Below are positions 22,727 to 36,044 of a DNA stretch of 64,000 bases, piece after piece. This DNA is from Hemiscyllium ocellatum (taxonomy: Eukaryota), in NCBI RefSeq assembly GCF_020745735.1, contig NW_026867476.1:496001-560000 (forward strand). Direction: 5' to 3'. Under the pieces are notes generated by a model that saw nothing but the letters and a program-made list of their open reading frames with translations, was not told the DNA's origin and searched no databases. The position numbers and the translations under genes are program-made. Within the stretch, counting starts at the first letter, position 1. Every line of letters begins with the position of its first letter.

Positions 22727-24639
22727 GTACGTCACTGATTTTCGAGAGAAACGATTACCGCATCGTGTATTTCCAGAAGTCTGTTTGTTTCCCTTCCAGG
22801 ATTCGGTAGCACTTTGCCAACCTGCAACTCTTTTATTTTCAGGCACTTCAACGGGTTTCCAGTCCGATTAATACATCATGAAATAACATTTGTGTTAAAT
22901 CATCGTGCATTACTCCCAATTACATTATGATGAGGGGCACCGTGTTCTTCAATTTTGCATGCAGTGAACTGAGAGAAAAATGACTTATGCGACGCTGAAC
23001 TAACTGTGGTGAATGACAATGCATGAATATTAAACTGTAATATTGTCACAGATTGAGTTTCAACCCTATTCAGTAAAATGCAATTTGGTCCATTGCAGGG
23101 TGAATTGGCTATCATAGTGTGGTAAAATGCCTTTATGCACGGCTTTCATTGCAGCATCTAAACATGAATTATTTTGTGGTTGTACTTAGAAGATACTGTG
23201 TAATATGAACCTACTTTCAGTGATTAAACGAATCGACAATATGTGCTGTGGAAGGGTGTAATAAAGTATAGAATTCCCAAAGGACAACAGCATTGCTAAC
23301 ATGTTCTTTGGACTTAAATGAAAGATGTCAGTACTGATGCACCAGTTTTGAGCTTTTGTTAGCTTGCTTTTCTGCTGTGAATTCTCGCATATTTCGGACA
23401 TTATCTTCTAAATAATTTGCCAAAAAGATATTGTTTCTCAGTTATTAGAACGTGCAGGTTCACCTCTACTAAAGTTATCACGCTGCATCCAGCAAACAGC
23501 AGAACAATTTACTTTCGAGGAATATGAGATATTGACAATCGGTTTGATCGAAGGAATGACTGAAGGAAGAAAGCAGAAGCCGAGCTGCTCAGGTGACAAT
23601 TCCAACAATCTGGGTTTCAGTCATTTAATCTATAACCAACACAGTGTTTTGTATTCAATTGAGGAATGCACAGGGCATAGCATCAAAGTTAACATGAGAT
23701 TTCAGACTGTTGTATGATGCTACAGGAAAGGATGTGGCTAGACTCTGAAGCATCTGAAAATTTGAAGGATGAGATTGTAAAGGCTAAGACATCTCTGGTA
23801 AGGTGCCACCGTCGGTCAACATTTACGGGTTGAAGGTTGGCCCGTGCTTGATATGAATGTATTCATGGCAACCACATCATTCTTGCAATTTCGAATTGGA
23901 CAAATAGCTACTTGGCATTAACTCAATTGCACACTCAATTGATGGGAGAGCGATTTTTATTCTGGACTGATCACATTGACAGATGATGTGATGGTGCGAT
24001 GTTGGGCTGGGGAGGGGAAAGTCAGACATGACAGTAGCCCAAGTTATTGTCCAACTCTAGAATGGACCTCATTTGGTCCAGGGATTTATCAACCTTCAGT
24101 ATAAGTTTTCTGTTCTCACCATCCAAGGATTTTCATGTACTGCACTCCTCCTCAGATATCATCCATTATTGGGAAACAGTCGTATCAAACTTTAGAGCTT
24201 TATTTAAAGTCGAAAATTGAGGTAGCAAAACCGGAGAAGGAAAATCTTTCACTAATTTCACAACTAAAGATAAGAAACAATTGGGGAAAATGCACAGAAG
24301 GACAGATATGTTCTTCAAATTAGGCATAAGACCCAAGCTCACATTTTGAAACAGGAACTCTGTTTGATAGAGTAATCAAAACACGTGGAAGGGGCTTCAG
24401 AATTTTGAGGTTGCTGTTCTCGTTTTACTTGTGTGCAATTGTGCAATTATCCAATGTTCCATCGCAGGCATGAAATGGTGAGATATTAGTCTCGTTCACC
24501 GGACCTGAAACGAAGGTAAATGTTCAAAACGTATTTGACACTCTCTCGACTCTAAAATAGTTTAAATTGGAGAAGGTTTTGTTAATGTCACGGAGCTCAA
24601 GCGAGGAGTTTTGAGATTTCCATTAGTTTATAACAAGTG

Positions 24640-26077
24640 ACGCATGGCCCAGCGAATGTCTCGTTCTATGCCCTTTATTATTCAGTTCTTGCTACTACTG
24701 GTGACCCTGGTAAGTAACAGATTCTAAGTATTTGTTTTTAAGTGCAACAAAGTATATTATATTAAATTTCAAGATCATCTTTTTTTCTGATAATCACCGT
24801 TGAAGGGAACAGCCTAGATCACTGTGTATATGTAAAGTGTTGAGTTATACTAACCTGCACGCGTTTGCAGTGCACAGCAACATGATATCCAAACTGTTAT
24901 ATGAGCAATTATAGAACAATTGGTTATTGGATTATTGATTTGTGAATTGTAATGTGTGACATTGCCTGAATAATAAATAATCAGATTAACTGCAAAAAAT
25001 TAAATTCTATTACGATGCTGGAAAGGTCAACGGTTGTTTTGGCGATTGTCTGGAATAATGCACCATCATTGTGTTCGACGTTTCTATGCACAGATACTAT
25101 GATAATTCCGAAGAAAATTATTGCAGATACGTCATTTTTTTAAGGATTAAAAGTATATCTAGTGATTACTCAAGTCAGTTCAAAATTAGTTTGCAATTTC
25201 CCCCCAGCCAACCTGCTGGTGATTGTCATTCTGTTACGAGGATCATGCAGATTCTCTGGGTGCACCGCCTTTTAGTTGGTGGGGATAGTGGTGAGCGATT
25301 TTCTTGTGATCATCACTTGGTGACATTTACTTCCGACACAGTGCCCTGTCCACGACCACTGCCTGCACAGTCAGCACAAAGATAATCTAAGCCAGCCGAG
25401 ATGGCTCAGTCTGGGTAACTGTGACATTCACCATTGCCCTTGGCCACCTGCTACCAGAGTCTGAAGACAAGTTACTGCACCGAGAAAGCTGCATCACTGG
25501 TCATCGGAGTGGTTTGTGCTTTGAGCTGCATCAAGAAGCCTGCCTTCTGACTTCTTCACCCAACCCTTGTGCATTGTGGATGGGGAGTCCTGGTTCTGAG
25601 ACTTACAGACACATATTATAACTCATCTGCATGGACGCCCTATGACTGGCTGAATCACATCTTGACGCCTATTCTCCCATTCCTACTTATTCTGCTGTTC
25701 AATGCCTTGACTGTCAGATCCATCTTGGCGGCTAGCAGTGGCCAAAGGAGGCTCCAGGACACAGCAAGCCACGGAGACTCGGAGATGGCCAACCGTAAGA
25801 GGTCCGTCATACTGCTTTTCACCATCTCGCTCAGCTTCCTCCTTCTATGGGTCACCATGTCAGGCACTTCCTCTATATACGGGTTACTGGTGAGGCATAT
25901 GTCAGCGGCTTGGACTTCACTGGCCCACAGTTTATTCTCCAAGAAACGATGAACATGCTGCAGATACTACGTTCCTGCAAAAACGTCTTCCTTTATGCAA
26001 TATCCCAGGACAAGTTCTGAGATGAACTGAAGAAGGTGTTGTTGTCTCCCTCCATATCTCCCGCTGAGTGCAAATAA
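24640..26077 (+). pseudogene. GPR139/GPR142-like class A GPCR pseudogene (exon 1 24640-24709, exon 2 25208-26077)
   Basis: Exon 1 starts ACG instead of ATG, donor g|gtaagt. Exon 2 reads ANLLVIVILLRGSCRFSGCTAF*LVGIVVSDFLVIIT...SVWVTVTFT...HILTPILPFLLILLFNALTVRSIL...RKRSVILLFTIS...NVFLYAISQDKF*DELKKVL; 7TM pattern with stops and frameshifts. Confidence 0.75.
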
Positions 26078-26748
26078 CTTTTTCATGTTCTCCGTCAATC
26101 AGAGTGGCTGCGTGTGTAACACACGCTCTCACTCTCAACATTAAATTACGTTTGTGCGTTCCAACGTCTGTACTGGAAATATGGGCAGTCCATTTTACAT
26201 CCTTGATATCCTCTGTTAAAGACTGATGGAAAATAAAATAGCCGAAGATGTATTTTTAAGAATGAGATACTAAACTGTAATCTGCGCCTGTGATGACTAT
26301 TTTGCACTTTCAGTGGTCCAGGCTGTATCATTTGAGATTCATCTCTTTATCTCCTTCCCTCCTTCCCTCACAGTCGCCATTCTTCCGTTATTTCCTTCCT
26401 TCTTCTCCCTTATTCGTGTCTCAGCACTGTTACATCTACTTATTTGAATCACTCGCGTTGTCTTTCACTTTGACAAAATCAAGATGAACAGCTCATGACG
26501 TCCTTCACAATGATCACAACAGTTTACATGTTTTCATAATCCATGCCTCTCTTGACGTAGATCAAATTCAGTTAAAGTCTTTCGCAGTATTAGCAGCTCC
26601 AAAGAACTCAGCGCACCCCACACGAAACCTCAACATCCACACATATATTCTGCACCTGAATTCAAATGTTGTGCTCTTTCCTTTAATCATATGAAAATCA
26701 AGGTTATTTTCATGATTTCCCAACGTTATGTGTTGCTTAATATGATAC

Positions 26749-28520
26749 AATGGAACATAGAACAATACAGCACTGTACACGCCCTTCGGCCCTCGATGTT
26801 GCGCCGCCCTGTCATACCAATCTAAAGCCCATCTAACCTACACTATTCCATGTACGCCCACATGCTTGTCCAATGACGACTTAAATGCACTTACAGTTGG
26901 CGAATCTACTACTGTTGCAGGCAAAGCATTCCATACCCTTACTAAACTTGGAGTACAGAAAATACCTGTGACATCTGTCCTATATCTATCACCCCACAAT
27001 TTAAAGCGATGCACCCCCATTCCTGTGATCGCCATCGCCATTCTTGGAAAAAGGCTCTCCCTGTACACCCTATCTAACTGTCTGATTATCTTATATGTCT
27101 CTCTTAAGTCACCTCTCAACCTTCTTCTCTCTAAGTAAAACCGCCTCAAGTCCTCAGCCTTTCCTCGTAAGACCTTCCCTCCATACCAGGCAACATCCTA
27201 GTAAATCTCCTCTGCACCCTTTCCAAATCTTCCACATCCTTCTTATAATGCCGTGAGCAGAACTGTACACAATACTCCAAGTGCGGCCACACTAGAGTTT
27301 TGTACAGCTGTAGCATAACCTCATGGTTCCGGAACTCGATTCCTTTATTAATAAAAGCTAACACACTGTATGCCTTCTTAACAACCCTGTCAACCTGGGT
27401 GGCAACTTTCAAGGATCTGTGTACCTGGACACCGAGATCGCTCTGCTCATCGACACTACCAAGAATCTTACCATTAGCCCAGTACTTTGCATTCTGGTTA
27501 CTCTGACCAAAGTAAATCACCTCACACTTGTCCCCATTAAACTCCATTTGCCACCTCTCAGCCCAGCTCTGCAGCTTATCTATGTCTCTCCCTTCTTTAC
27601 TATCCACAACTCCACCGACCTTAGTGTTGTCTGCAAATTTACTAACCCACCCTTCTCCGCCCTCATCCAGGTCATTTATAAAAATAACGAACAGCAGTGG
27701 ACCCAACATCGACCCTTGCGGTACACCACTGGTAACTGGACTCCAGGATAAACATTTCCCATCAACCACCACTCTCTGTCTTCTTTCAGCAAGCCAATTC
27801 CTGATCCAAACTGTTATATCTCCCACAATCCCATTCCTCTGCATTTTGTACAATAGCCTACTGTGGGGAATGTTATCGAACGCCTTGCTGAAATCCATAA
27901 ACACCACACCAATCGGTTTACTCTCATCTAACTGTTTGGACACCTTCTCAAAGAACTCAATAAGGTTTGTGAGGCACGACCTACCCTTCACAAAACCGTG
28001 CTGACTACCCCAATCAAATTATTCTTTTCTCGATCTCTTATATCTATCTTTTATAACCTTTTCCAACACTTTACCAACAACTGAAGTGAGGCTCACTGGT
28101 CTATAATTACCAGGATTGTCTCTACTCCCCTTCTTGAACAGGGGAACCACATTTGCTATCCTCCAATCTTCTGGCATTATTCCTGTAGACAATGACGATT
28201 TAAAGATCAATGCCAAAGGCTCAGAAATCTCCGCCCTGGCTTTCCAGAGATCCTAGGATAAATCCCATCCGGCCCAAGGGACTTATCTGTTTTCACACTC
28301 TGCAGGATTTCTAATATTTCCTCCTTGTGAACCTCAATCACACCTAGTCTAGGTGCCTGTATCTCAGTATTCTCCTCGACAACATTGTCGTTTTCTAGAG
28401 TGAATACTGTTGAAAAATATTCATTTAGTCCTTCCCCTAACTCCTCTGACTCCAGAAAAAAAACTTCCCACTACTATCCTTGACTGGCTCTAATCTTACT
28501 CTCGTCATTCTTTTATTCCT
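26749..28520 (-). mobile_element. CR1/HER1-type LINE, 5'-truncated ORF2 (RT)
   Basis: ORF 27146-27991 (KGRSCLTNLIEFF, DFSKAFD, GVPQGS, FADNTK), ORF 28019-28216 (NYRPVSLTSV) and 3' tail at ~26750. Confidence 0.95.
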
Positions 28521-28805
28521 TAAGACAAGCAAAAACGATGTTTTGCTTATGCTTTAGACAATTAACACAATTGTCAGGTCCTGATTGTCATTCCTCTCCT
28601 TTCCCTCTGAGAATAATCTTAATGGGGTAAGGGCACCATCTGGTGGTGCATTCAGATAAATTATGTGCACCGATTTTCAGTCACTGAAATTTAAAGTTCT
28701 GATAATAATTCTGCAGTAAAAATTATATTATCATCATGGCAATCCATTGCAAGTATTGTAGACATCTTCATTGTTATTTATCTCCTTTGAATGATAATAA
28801 TTTAA

Positions 28806-29090
28806 GGCGGCACGGTGGCACAGTGGTTAGCACTGCTGCCTCACAGCGCCTGAGACCCGGGTTCAATTCCCGTCTCAGGCAACTGACTGTGTGGAGTTTG
28901 CTTGTCTGCGTGGGTTTCCTCCGGGTGCTCCGGTTTCCTCCCACAGCCCAAAGATGTGCGGGTCAGGTGAATTGGTCATACTAAATTGCCCATAGTGTTA
29001 GGTAAGGGGTAAATGTATGGGTGGGTGGCGGGTCGGTGTGGACTTGTTGGGCCGAAGGGCCTGTTTCCACACTGTAAGAAATCTAATCTA
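28806..29090 (+). mobile_element. HE1 SINE
   Basis: ggcggcacggtggcacagtggttagcactgctgcctcacagc head with Pol III A/B boxes and aatctaatcta tail. Confidence 0.92.
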
Positions 29091-30194
29091 AAATAATTTT
29101 ATATATATATAAATGTATGTCATATATTATTATGAATTGAACATCTCCACCAAGTGTGTTGCGTATTCTTCATGCTGAAGTACAGCTTGAACTGATAAAA
29201 GTTTCAACATTTGTACAGGATGAAAATATAACAGAAGAGATTAATTGAAAACCTACCTTTAATCTGCCATGTTCTTCTCGTTGAGAGCACGGGTAAGTGG
29301 ATCTGAGTCCACGAAAAGATCGGCCATGACCTTATTGCATGGTGGAGCAGGCTCCAAGGATCGGACGGCCTACTCTTGCTCTTAGTTCGTATGTTCTTCT
29401 GAAAGTCAACTGGGACTCGCACATTTCTGATGAAGCATCACCAGACTCAAATTTCTAACTCTATTTTCTCCTAATATCTCCTACCAGACCTGCTGAGTTT
29501 CGACAGCAAGTTGTGTTTGGGTTCAGATTTCAGCATCCATGTGTCTTCATTTTGTTATTCTGTTGCAGGCAATAATATGAGATAAATATTAATAATTGTT
29601 CTGATAATGCATTTGGAAGTTCTGAACATACAGTGGACTTTGACAAAGTCCACACTTTTTTTTGTTTGTGCAAATCGACGAGTTGAAATCTTCGAGTAAA
29701 GAGTGAGGTCTGCATATGCTGGAGATCAGAGCTGAAAATCTGTTGCTGGAAGACGAGTTGACAAAATGCACGAATTTACTTTTTCCTGTGTTGCATCTGC
29801 CGCACAGTTCGGTTTGTTCCGACAATACAGACAGACAATCGAAAATTCTTACATCATCCAAGGGGCAGTTCTGATATTTTCTTGATCAGGGGTTGACGCA
29901 CTGAGTTCAGTTATAACAGTGACCAGGTGTGAAGAGCATCAGAAAATACTTCAACATCCTTCAAGCCATCAATAGCCCCAACATCCAAATTACGAACACC
30001 CATATCATACTTCGCTATGGGTTAGAATGTCAAAATTATGACTACGAAAGCAAATCATCTTCACTGAGCTCAAAGCAGTACTCAAACGACAAAGGAAAAT
30101 TACAAAGACAGCTTGAAGGCTTCCGTCCAGAAATGGAAAAGATGTCAACACGTGGGAGACCGCCGTTCAGGAAGAACTGACTTGAATCTTTTGC

Positions 30195-30300
30195 AGTTGT
30201 CGTCGAGAGTGTAGTACTGGAAAAGCATGGCAGGTCAGGCAGCATCCGAGAAGCGCAAGAATCGACGTTTTTGGCACAGGCCCTTCATCAGGAATCTATC
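30195..30300 (-). mobile_element. Penelope-terminus-derived fragment
   Basis: ctggaaaagcatggcaggtcaggcagcatcc...atcgacgtttttggcacaggcccttcatcaggaat. Confidence 0.65.
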
Positions 30301-32977
30301 GCCTCCAAGGACACACTTTGAGAACAGCCACCCACAAGCTGAAACAAGGAACAGGAATTGGAGATAGGGCTGCCAGCAATGTCGAAGCCAAAAAAGTAAT
30401 TCCAAATCCCTCAGCACAAGCCAAGTGTGTGGCCTTAAATGGGGGTCCTGAATTTGGGACGTGAGTCATGCCTGAACCCACAGAAACCGTGTCCAATGAC
30501 AAGGAATTTTCTAGTTGAAATCGAACGCTGCAACGAGTGATTTGAGAACCATGACCAGTTTAGACACATAGCAACATACACCAGAACATAGTCGAGTCAC
30601 ACCTACGTCACGCTGGTCAGCAGTCAGATACACTGTCCATCGCATTGCCAGCCCAGGTTGTGTTTTAACAGATATCCTGCAGAGTTGAGATGCTGACGGA
30701 GTCAAGAGCGTGAAGAGTAAACGTCCCAACCTGAACAAAAAGCAAAGTAATAACTGCTAGTATTTCAACTGAGTCTTAAAAAGGCTTGCATTTTCTGAAA
30801 AACAAACCATATTTGTTCCCTTATGGCTGCTTCACTGTCATCTCTTTCCCTGTTGGAAATTTCCCCCTTTTCATTCACAGTTATTCCTCCATTTCATAAT
30901 TCATTCTCGGGAAATGTGCCTTCATGCCTAGTGCGAGGTCTTTTGAAGTCAACATCTTGAACAAAATCATCGAGAAATTTCTGGCGATTTCTAGCGCGGT
31001 TTCTGGATTCAGACGAGTTGAACGACACTTTTTATCGGTGATGTCCAGCCCCTAAAAACAGGGCCCTGCTCTTTTCTTTCGTGCAGCACGTTTGCTGAAC
31101 AACATCAAATTATTACAATTCCACTTTCTTCCGAATGAAACCTAAGAGGACAATATGAACCTGTTCAAACTTCAATGTTTTGCCAAGGATTGGAAGGGGT
31201 TTGAGACGGGGAACAACTGACAGTACACATCCCTACAGTCAGTATTTAGCAGAATCAGGTTGGTGTGATCCTGGTGCCTCTTGAAGCATCGCATCAAAAT
31301 ACTTTTTACCTTAAATTCTGTAGCCCTGCTTTCCAGGTTCACATTGAGCAACATCATTGTAAATCTTTTGGCAAAATGCTCTGCTTTAATGCAGACATAT
31401 CTACCGTATTCATTGATTATATGAACAATTATTCCATGAGTAAATGTTTTGTAGTTATATTTATATCTGTTTGGCATTCCAAGGGAAAAAAACCATCTGC
31501 ACAAAGTGGAGAGAGAGAGAGACTGCAGAATGTTTATCGGGTGCATTTATGAAAAATATTTTCAGCATCACTTGGTCAGCACAGACATGATGGGCCCAAG
31601 GGTCTCTTTTTATGTTGTAATATCCTCTGACCGACTGATTGTCGGTTCACCCTCTTGACTGAATGAACAATAAATTATGACAGCGTTGGGAAATAAAAAC
31701 AGAAAGAACAAATGATGCTGAAAATCAGGATCAAAAGCCGAAGTTATGGAAAAGCTGAGTAGGTATGGCAACATCGGTGAATAAAAATCCGACTAAAAAT
31801 TTTGGGTTGAATTCGAAAGAAGGATCATCACAGCGAAATATAAACTCAGAGTTTTCTTCACAGATGCTGCCAGACCTGCCAAACTTTTGTAGCAACTTCT
31901 CTTTTTGTTCATTAGTTTATTGACGGTGGTACTGAGTCGTCGGAGACTGCAGTATATCAACGTACAATGATGTACTGACACAAAGACTGAGCACTCCCAC
32001 CAACCATTTTTGCAGCTGCCCACCAGAAACTCTCATCACTGTCGACCTCTCAATATGTCATCTCACTTGTGAGCCAATCAAAAGGTTTCACTTCTTCTAT
32101 AACAAAACAGTTATACTGACTGGCAGAATGTACTAACCCCTGAGGGATGCTAAGTCCCACGTCCATCCTCTGTTCTGCAGAACCACATTTTATGGGATCG
32201 AATACCCAAACACAGGAACTTTACTTTCGTGACACGCTACCAAAATGCGACATTGTTTCTCTCAGATATCGCCAGAGGGAGTAAAGCAACCCAATGGTCT
32301 ACATGCAACTTAAATATCTAGATGTGATTTGCTGACAAAAAAAATTAAGAAATTTGCTGACAGCATAAACGACGTTCATTTCTGTCCAGCCTAACAACAG
32401 AAACCTCAAGTGACTGAGACTTTTACAGGTGACTCTGACTCATTAGTCAGAAACTCAATGCTTTTAATTGGTCCAGATGTGAGTTACATCATATCCACTT
32501 CTTGATATATTAAAGCATGTCAGCGTTACCCTTGGCCTGTGAATCGACAACGTGCCATTCTGGAATGGTTCACGTGAAGGTACAGGGGCAGTACTCAATA
32601 ATGCACAATATGTTTGACATTGTTCGGATTATTCTAAACGTACATTATGAGAATCCTGTGGCAAGTTATTCCCTCAAACTGAATGCTGCAGTTCCGTTTT
32701 ACTGGAGGGTTTTGCTGGATCAAACATAGCTGTTGAATTTTCCATAGCAGCTCATCGCTGTCACAGCATTTTCCAACATCATGAAATGCACAAGAAAGTT
32801 TTTTTTTGTTTTACATTCACGCAATCATTTGTTGATTTCAATAATGGATTTATAATAATTAAAGCTTTGTGTCGGAATGACAAGTGTCAGATATCACTGT
32901 GAGCTCGAGAATCGCTTCAGATAGACCCCGATCTTGCTGTTTGCTGAACACACAATCATGTACAGAGATGCTCTTCG

Positions 32978-33016
32978 AGTTTTTGTGCAGGGTCAGCCCA
33001 GTTCTCATTCTCTGTG
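32978..33016 (-). other. 23-RSS of TCR V segment 2
   Basis: Minus strand CACAGAG (33016-33010)-23-ACAAAAACT (32986-32978). Confidence 0.9.
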
Positions 33017-33445
33017 GGACTCAGTGCGCAGTCATACACTGCGGAGTCTGTTAGTTCTGTACTCAACACATTCAGCTTGATAGTGCGGTTCACAGGATCA
33101 AAATTCCACGAAAGCCGGCCCAGTGGAAAACTCCCCGTTTTCTCGCTGTATTGGTTTTTGTGTAGCAGAAACTGCACGGCTCCGTTGGAAGGTTGACGGT
33201 ACCAGTACAGGTCAGGATTGCTGCTTATTGTAGTGTAATTACAGAACAACAGCACACCGTCCCCCTCATTCAGTTTGATTGCAGCCGGTGTTTGTGAGAC
33301 AGAATCGCCAAGACAAAGTCCTGGAAGAGCCATGAGTTATACAAAATTAAATAAGGCACGACAATATATTTATTGCCTAGAATTCGCCCGTTTACCTTCA
33401 TCAAGAAACCGAGAAATAAATGAGGGAAGTTAAACTAGATTCCAT
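33017..33445 (-). pseudogene. TCR alpha/delta-type V segment 2 (V exon 33320-33017, 75-bp intron, leader 33445-33396), probable pseudogene
   Basis: GLCLGDSVSQTPAAIKLNEGDGVLLFCNYT...LYWYRQ...DSAVYDCALSP. The ATG leader is 50 nt (2 nt shorter than in V1) with an in-frame TGA before the donor; YYC is changed to YDC. Confidence 0.85.
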
Positions 33446-33788
33446 TTCATATGGGGTGATCATTTCCCATTTCATCTCCCGAAACCTGGAGTGGAACACA
33501 AAATCTGTTGGTGGATATAAAACTCCCCCCTCGGTCGAATCATCTGAAAGTCCTTAGTCCTGTCTGAATTTCCAGCCGAACTCTTCCACTGCCATTCGCT
33601 CATGTACATTCGCTAACTTCTCCCAATCTCTGCTCATTGTTGGGGCAAGTTTTGATCCAGATAGTTTTTGTTTTGGAGAATGCATTGTTGCTTACATGTT
33701 GCACAACATGCTTGAATAACATGCAATTCTCAGCAAGGAGCTGAAGTACATACAAAGACAAGTGTTCAACCTACCAGTTAGAAGTTTA

Positions 33789-34107
33789 GGGCGGCACGGT
33801 GGCACAGTGGTTAGCACTGCTGCCTCACAGCGCTAGGGACCTGGGTTCAATTCCCGCCTCAGGCCACTGACTGTGTGGAGTTTGCACGTTCTCCCCGTGT
33901 CTCCCCGCGTGGGTTTCCTCCGGGTGCTCCGGTTTCCTCCCACAGTCCAAAGATGTGCGGGTCAGGTGAATTGGCCATGCTAAATTGCCCATAGTGTTAG
34001 GTAAGGGGTAAATGTAGGGGTATGGGTGGGTTGCGCTTCGGCGGGTCGGTGTGGACTTGTTGGGCCGAAGGGCCTGTTTCCACACTGTAAGTAATCTAAT
34101 CTAATCT
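33789..34107 (+). mobile_element. HE1 SINE, full length
   Basis: Complete head, body and gtaagtaatctaatctaatct tail. Confidence 0.95.
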
Positions 34108-35308
34108 TAAAAAAGGCATCGTGTGAAAGCCAATGAATACGAGGCTCCTTTCTTCTTCAGATGAGCCAATCAGCTTCAAGCTCATTTGTGACTGATGTGG
34201 TAAACTAACAAAGTTCTGAATACGGTTCACTCGGTTTTCTCATCTGCGCGATTCTCTGGTTGTTTGTTTTTGTATTGGATTTCCAGCAGTACTTTGTTAT
34301 TTTTGTTTCACCAACTGGAGTGATTAGAATCAGGTGGATCTCATTGACTATGAGATCCTTCATTGGGATTGTTAAATCGATGGAGCCCTGGGCAATAGGT
34401 ACAAGTACCAGATTTTGAGTCGCCTCACTTCAGGGACAGACTCCAAACAGGCTATCCATGGCCAGTGTCCTGTCCACATTTAAATGAAGGGTGACTTGTT
34501 GACGAAATGTTAGTCTCTGTGCAGTTATTTCAAGAGAAAAGTAAATTTGTTCAGCTATAAACATGGTATGGACAGAGATTAAACCAAAAGTTGTCCCATA
34601 TCGATTATTGTTTCTGTCAGCATTTATACAAATGGGAAATAATTCATCCTGTTCGAGGTTGAGATCTGTGGAGTCTCAGGTAACAAAGCTGGTCTCAGTC
34701 TTCGACAATCCCATTAGCTGATGCGGAGGACCAGTGGGTCTGGGAGATTCTGATATAATAGTGAGGAAACAAATAAATAAAATTTTAAAAAACACTGTAA
34801 CAGTACAATCGAATGTTGCTTGTGATGCATTTACTGGTATGATACGTTGCAAGTGCCTTTCATTAACTTTACTTTGTGCCATCATAAACATAACTCCTGC
34901 ATGAACATCAAATACACTGCAGTGCATCAAACACACGGCTCACCACCACATTGTCTCAGATTATACAAGGCTAACTGATTTCTCACAGAAAACAAAAGAT
35001 AGTCTGTTAAAGTCTCCCTCATTTCAGTGGGCATGGTGAAAGGACAGAGGTGCATGCGGATGTAAATTCCAAATCCTGACTAATGTCAGTGTACGTTTAC
35101 CAGGTTTACAAGTGACACAAAAATAAATAACATGGCAATTGGTAATGACTATGACTCAAAGAGTCTCTTGGAAGGCAAAGTCACAGACTGTTTCAAAGAG
35201 TGCTACCAAACCATACTCTGGCGGGAAATTTGCACAACAAGAAATAAACAATTCATGAGTGGGAGGAAAAGCAAATCGTGAATTTTCAACGGCCATTCTC
35301 AAGATGAT

Positions 35309-35600
35309 GGGGGTGGCTCAGTGGTAAGCACTGGTGTTTCATAAAACCAAAGACCCAGGTGTGATTTCAGCCTCAGGTAGCTGTCATGCTGTCAGGGAGG
35401 GTGCACGTTCTCCCTAAATCTGCTTGGGTTTGCTATGGGTGTTCTGGTTTCCTCGCACAATCCAAAGGCGGGCGGTTTAGGTAAATTAGACGTAGGAGAT
35501 GCAGAGGTACGTTGGGTCTAGGTGCGATGCTCTTCAGATGCTTGGTGAGATCTCAATGGGCCGAATGGCGTCCATCCACACTGCAGGGATTCTATGTTTA
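35309..35600 (+). mobile_element. Degenerate HE1-like SINE
   Basis: ggggtggctcagtggtaagcactg head and ggtttcctcgcacaatccaaag body. Confidence 0.65.
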
Positions 35601-35629
35601 GATTGTGTAATTATTAACCTTTTTTAAAG

Positions 35630-36030
35630 GTCTTTATTGGTAGGCTGTAGGCACTGCTGTCTGGCCAGCATTTACTACCTGTCCCAAATTGTCCTTGTGA
35701 AGGTGGAGGTGAGCTGCCTTATTAAACTGCGGCAGTTCACTTGCTCTGGGCTGACCTACAATGCCATTGCGGTGCAGGAATTATAGGTTTTTGAACAAGT
35801 CAATGCTGTGCCAGTCAACCGGGCTGCTTTGTCCTGGATTTTGTGAAGAATCTTAAGAATTGTTGGAGCTGCACTCGTCCAGACAATTGGGGCGTATTCC
35901 ATCACAATACTGAGTTGTGCATTGTAGATGGTGGACAGGCTTTGGGGAGACAGGGAGTATGATACTCGTCGCATTAACACAGTGGCTCTTGCCGCCACTG
36001 CGTTTCTGAACTGTGTCCAGTTGAATTTTT
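35630..36030 (-). mobile_element. LINE ORF2 3' fragment (CR1/L2-group)
   Basis: ORF 35756-35998 LSTIYNAQLSIVMEYAPIVWTSAAPTILKILHKIQDKAARL; related to 55554-55739. Confidence 0.65.
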
Positions 36031-36044
36031 AAACAAAATGCAGG

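Noticed and set aside
24644-24709. Signal-peptide-like frame MAQRMSRSMPFIIQFLLLLVTL before a gtaagt donor, resembling a V leader exon
   Set aside because: Phase 0 with no V exon downstream; the other frame matches the GPCR first exon and splices correctly to 25208.
24821-24827. Isolated CACTGTG heptamer (similar ones at ~36153, ~36179 and ~48663)
   Set aside because: No nonamer at 12 or 23 nt and no J- or D-like coding sequence.
33789-33870. tRNA gene candidates at HE1 heads (also 28806, 54687, 56100)
   Set aside because: A/B boxes are present but they continue into the SINE body and tail; tRNA-derived SINE heads, not tRNA genes.
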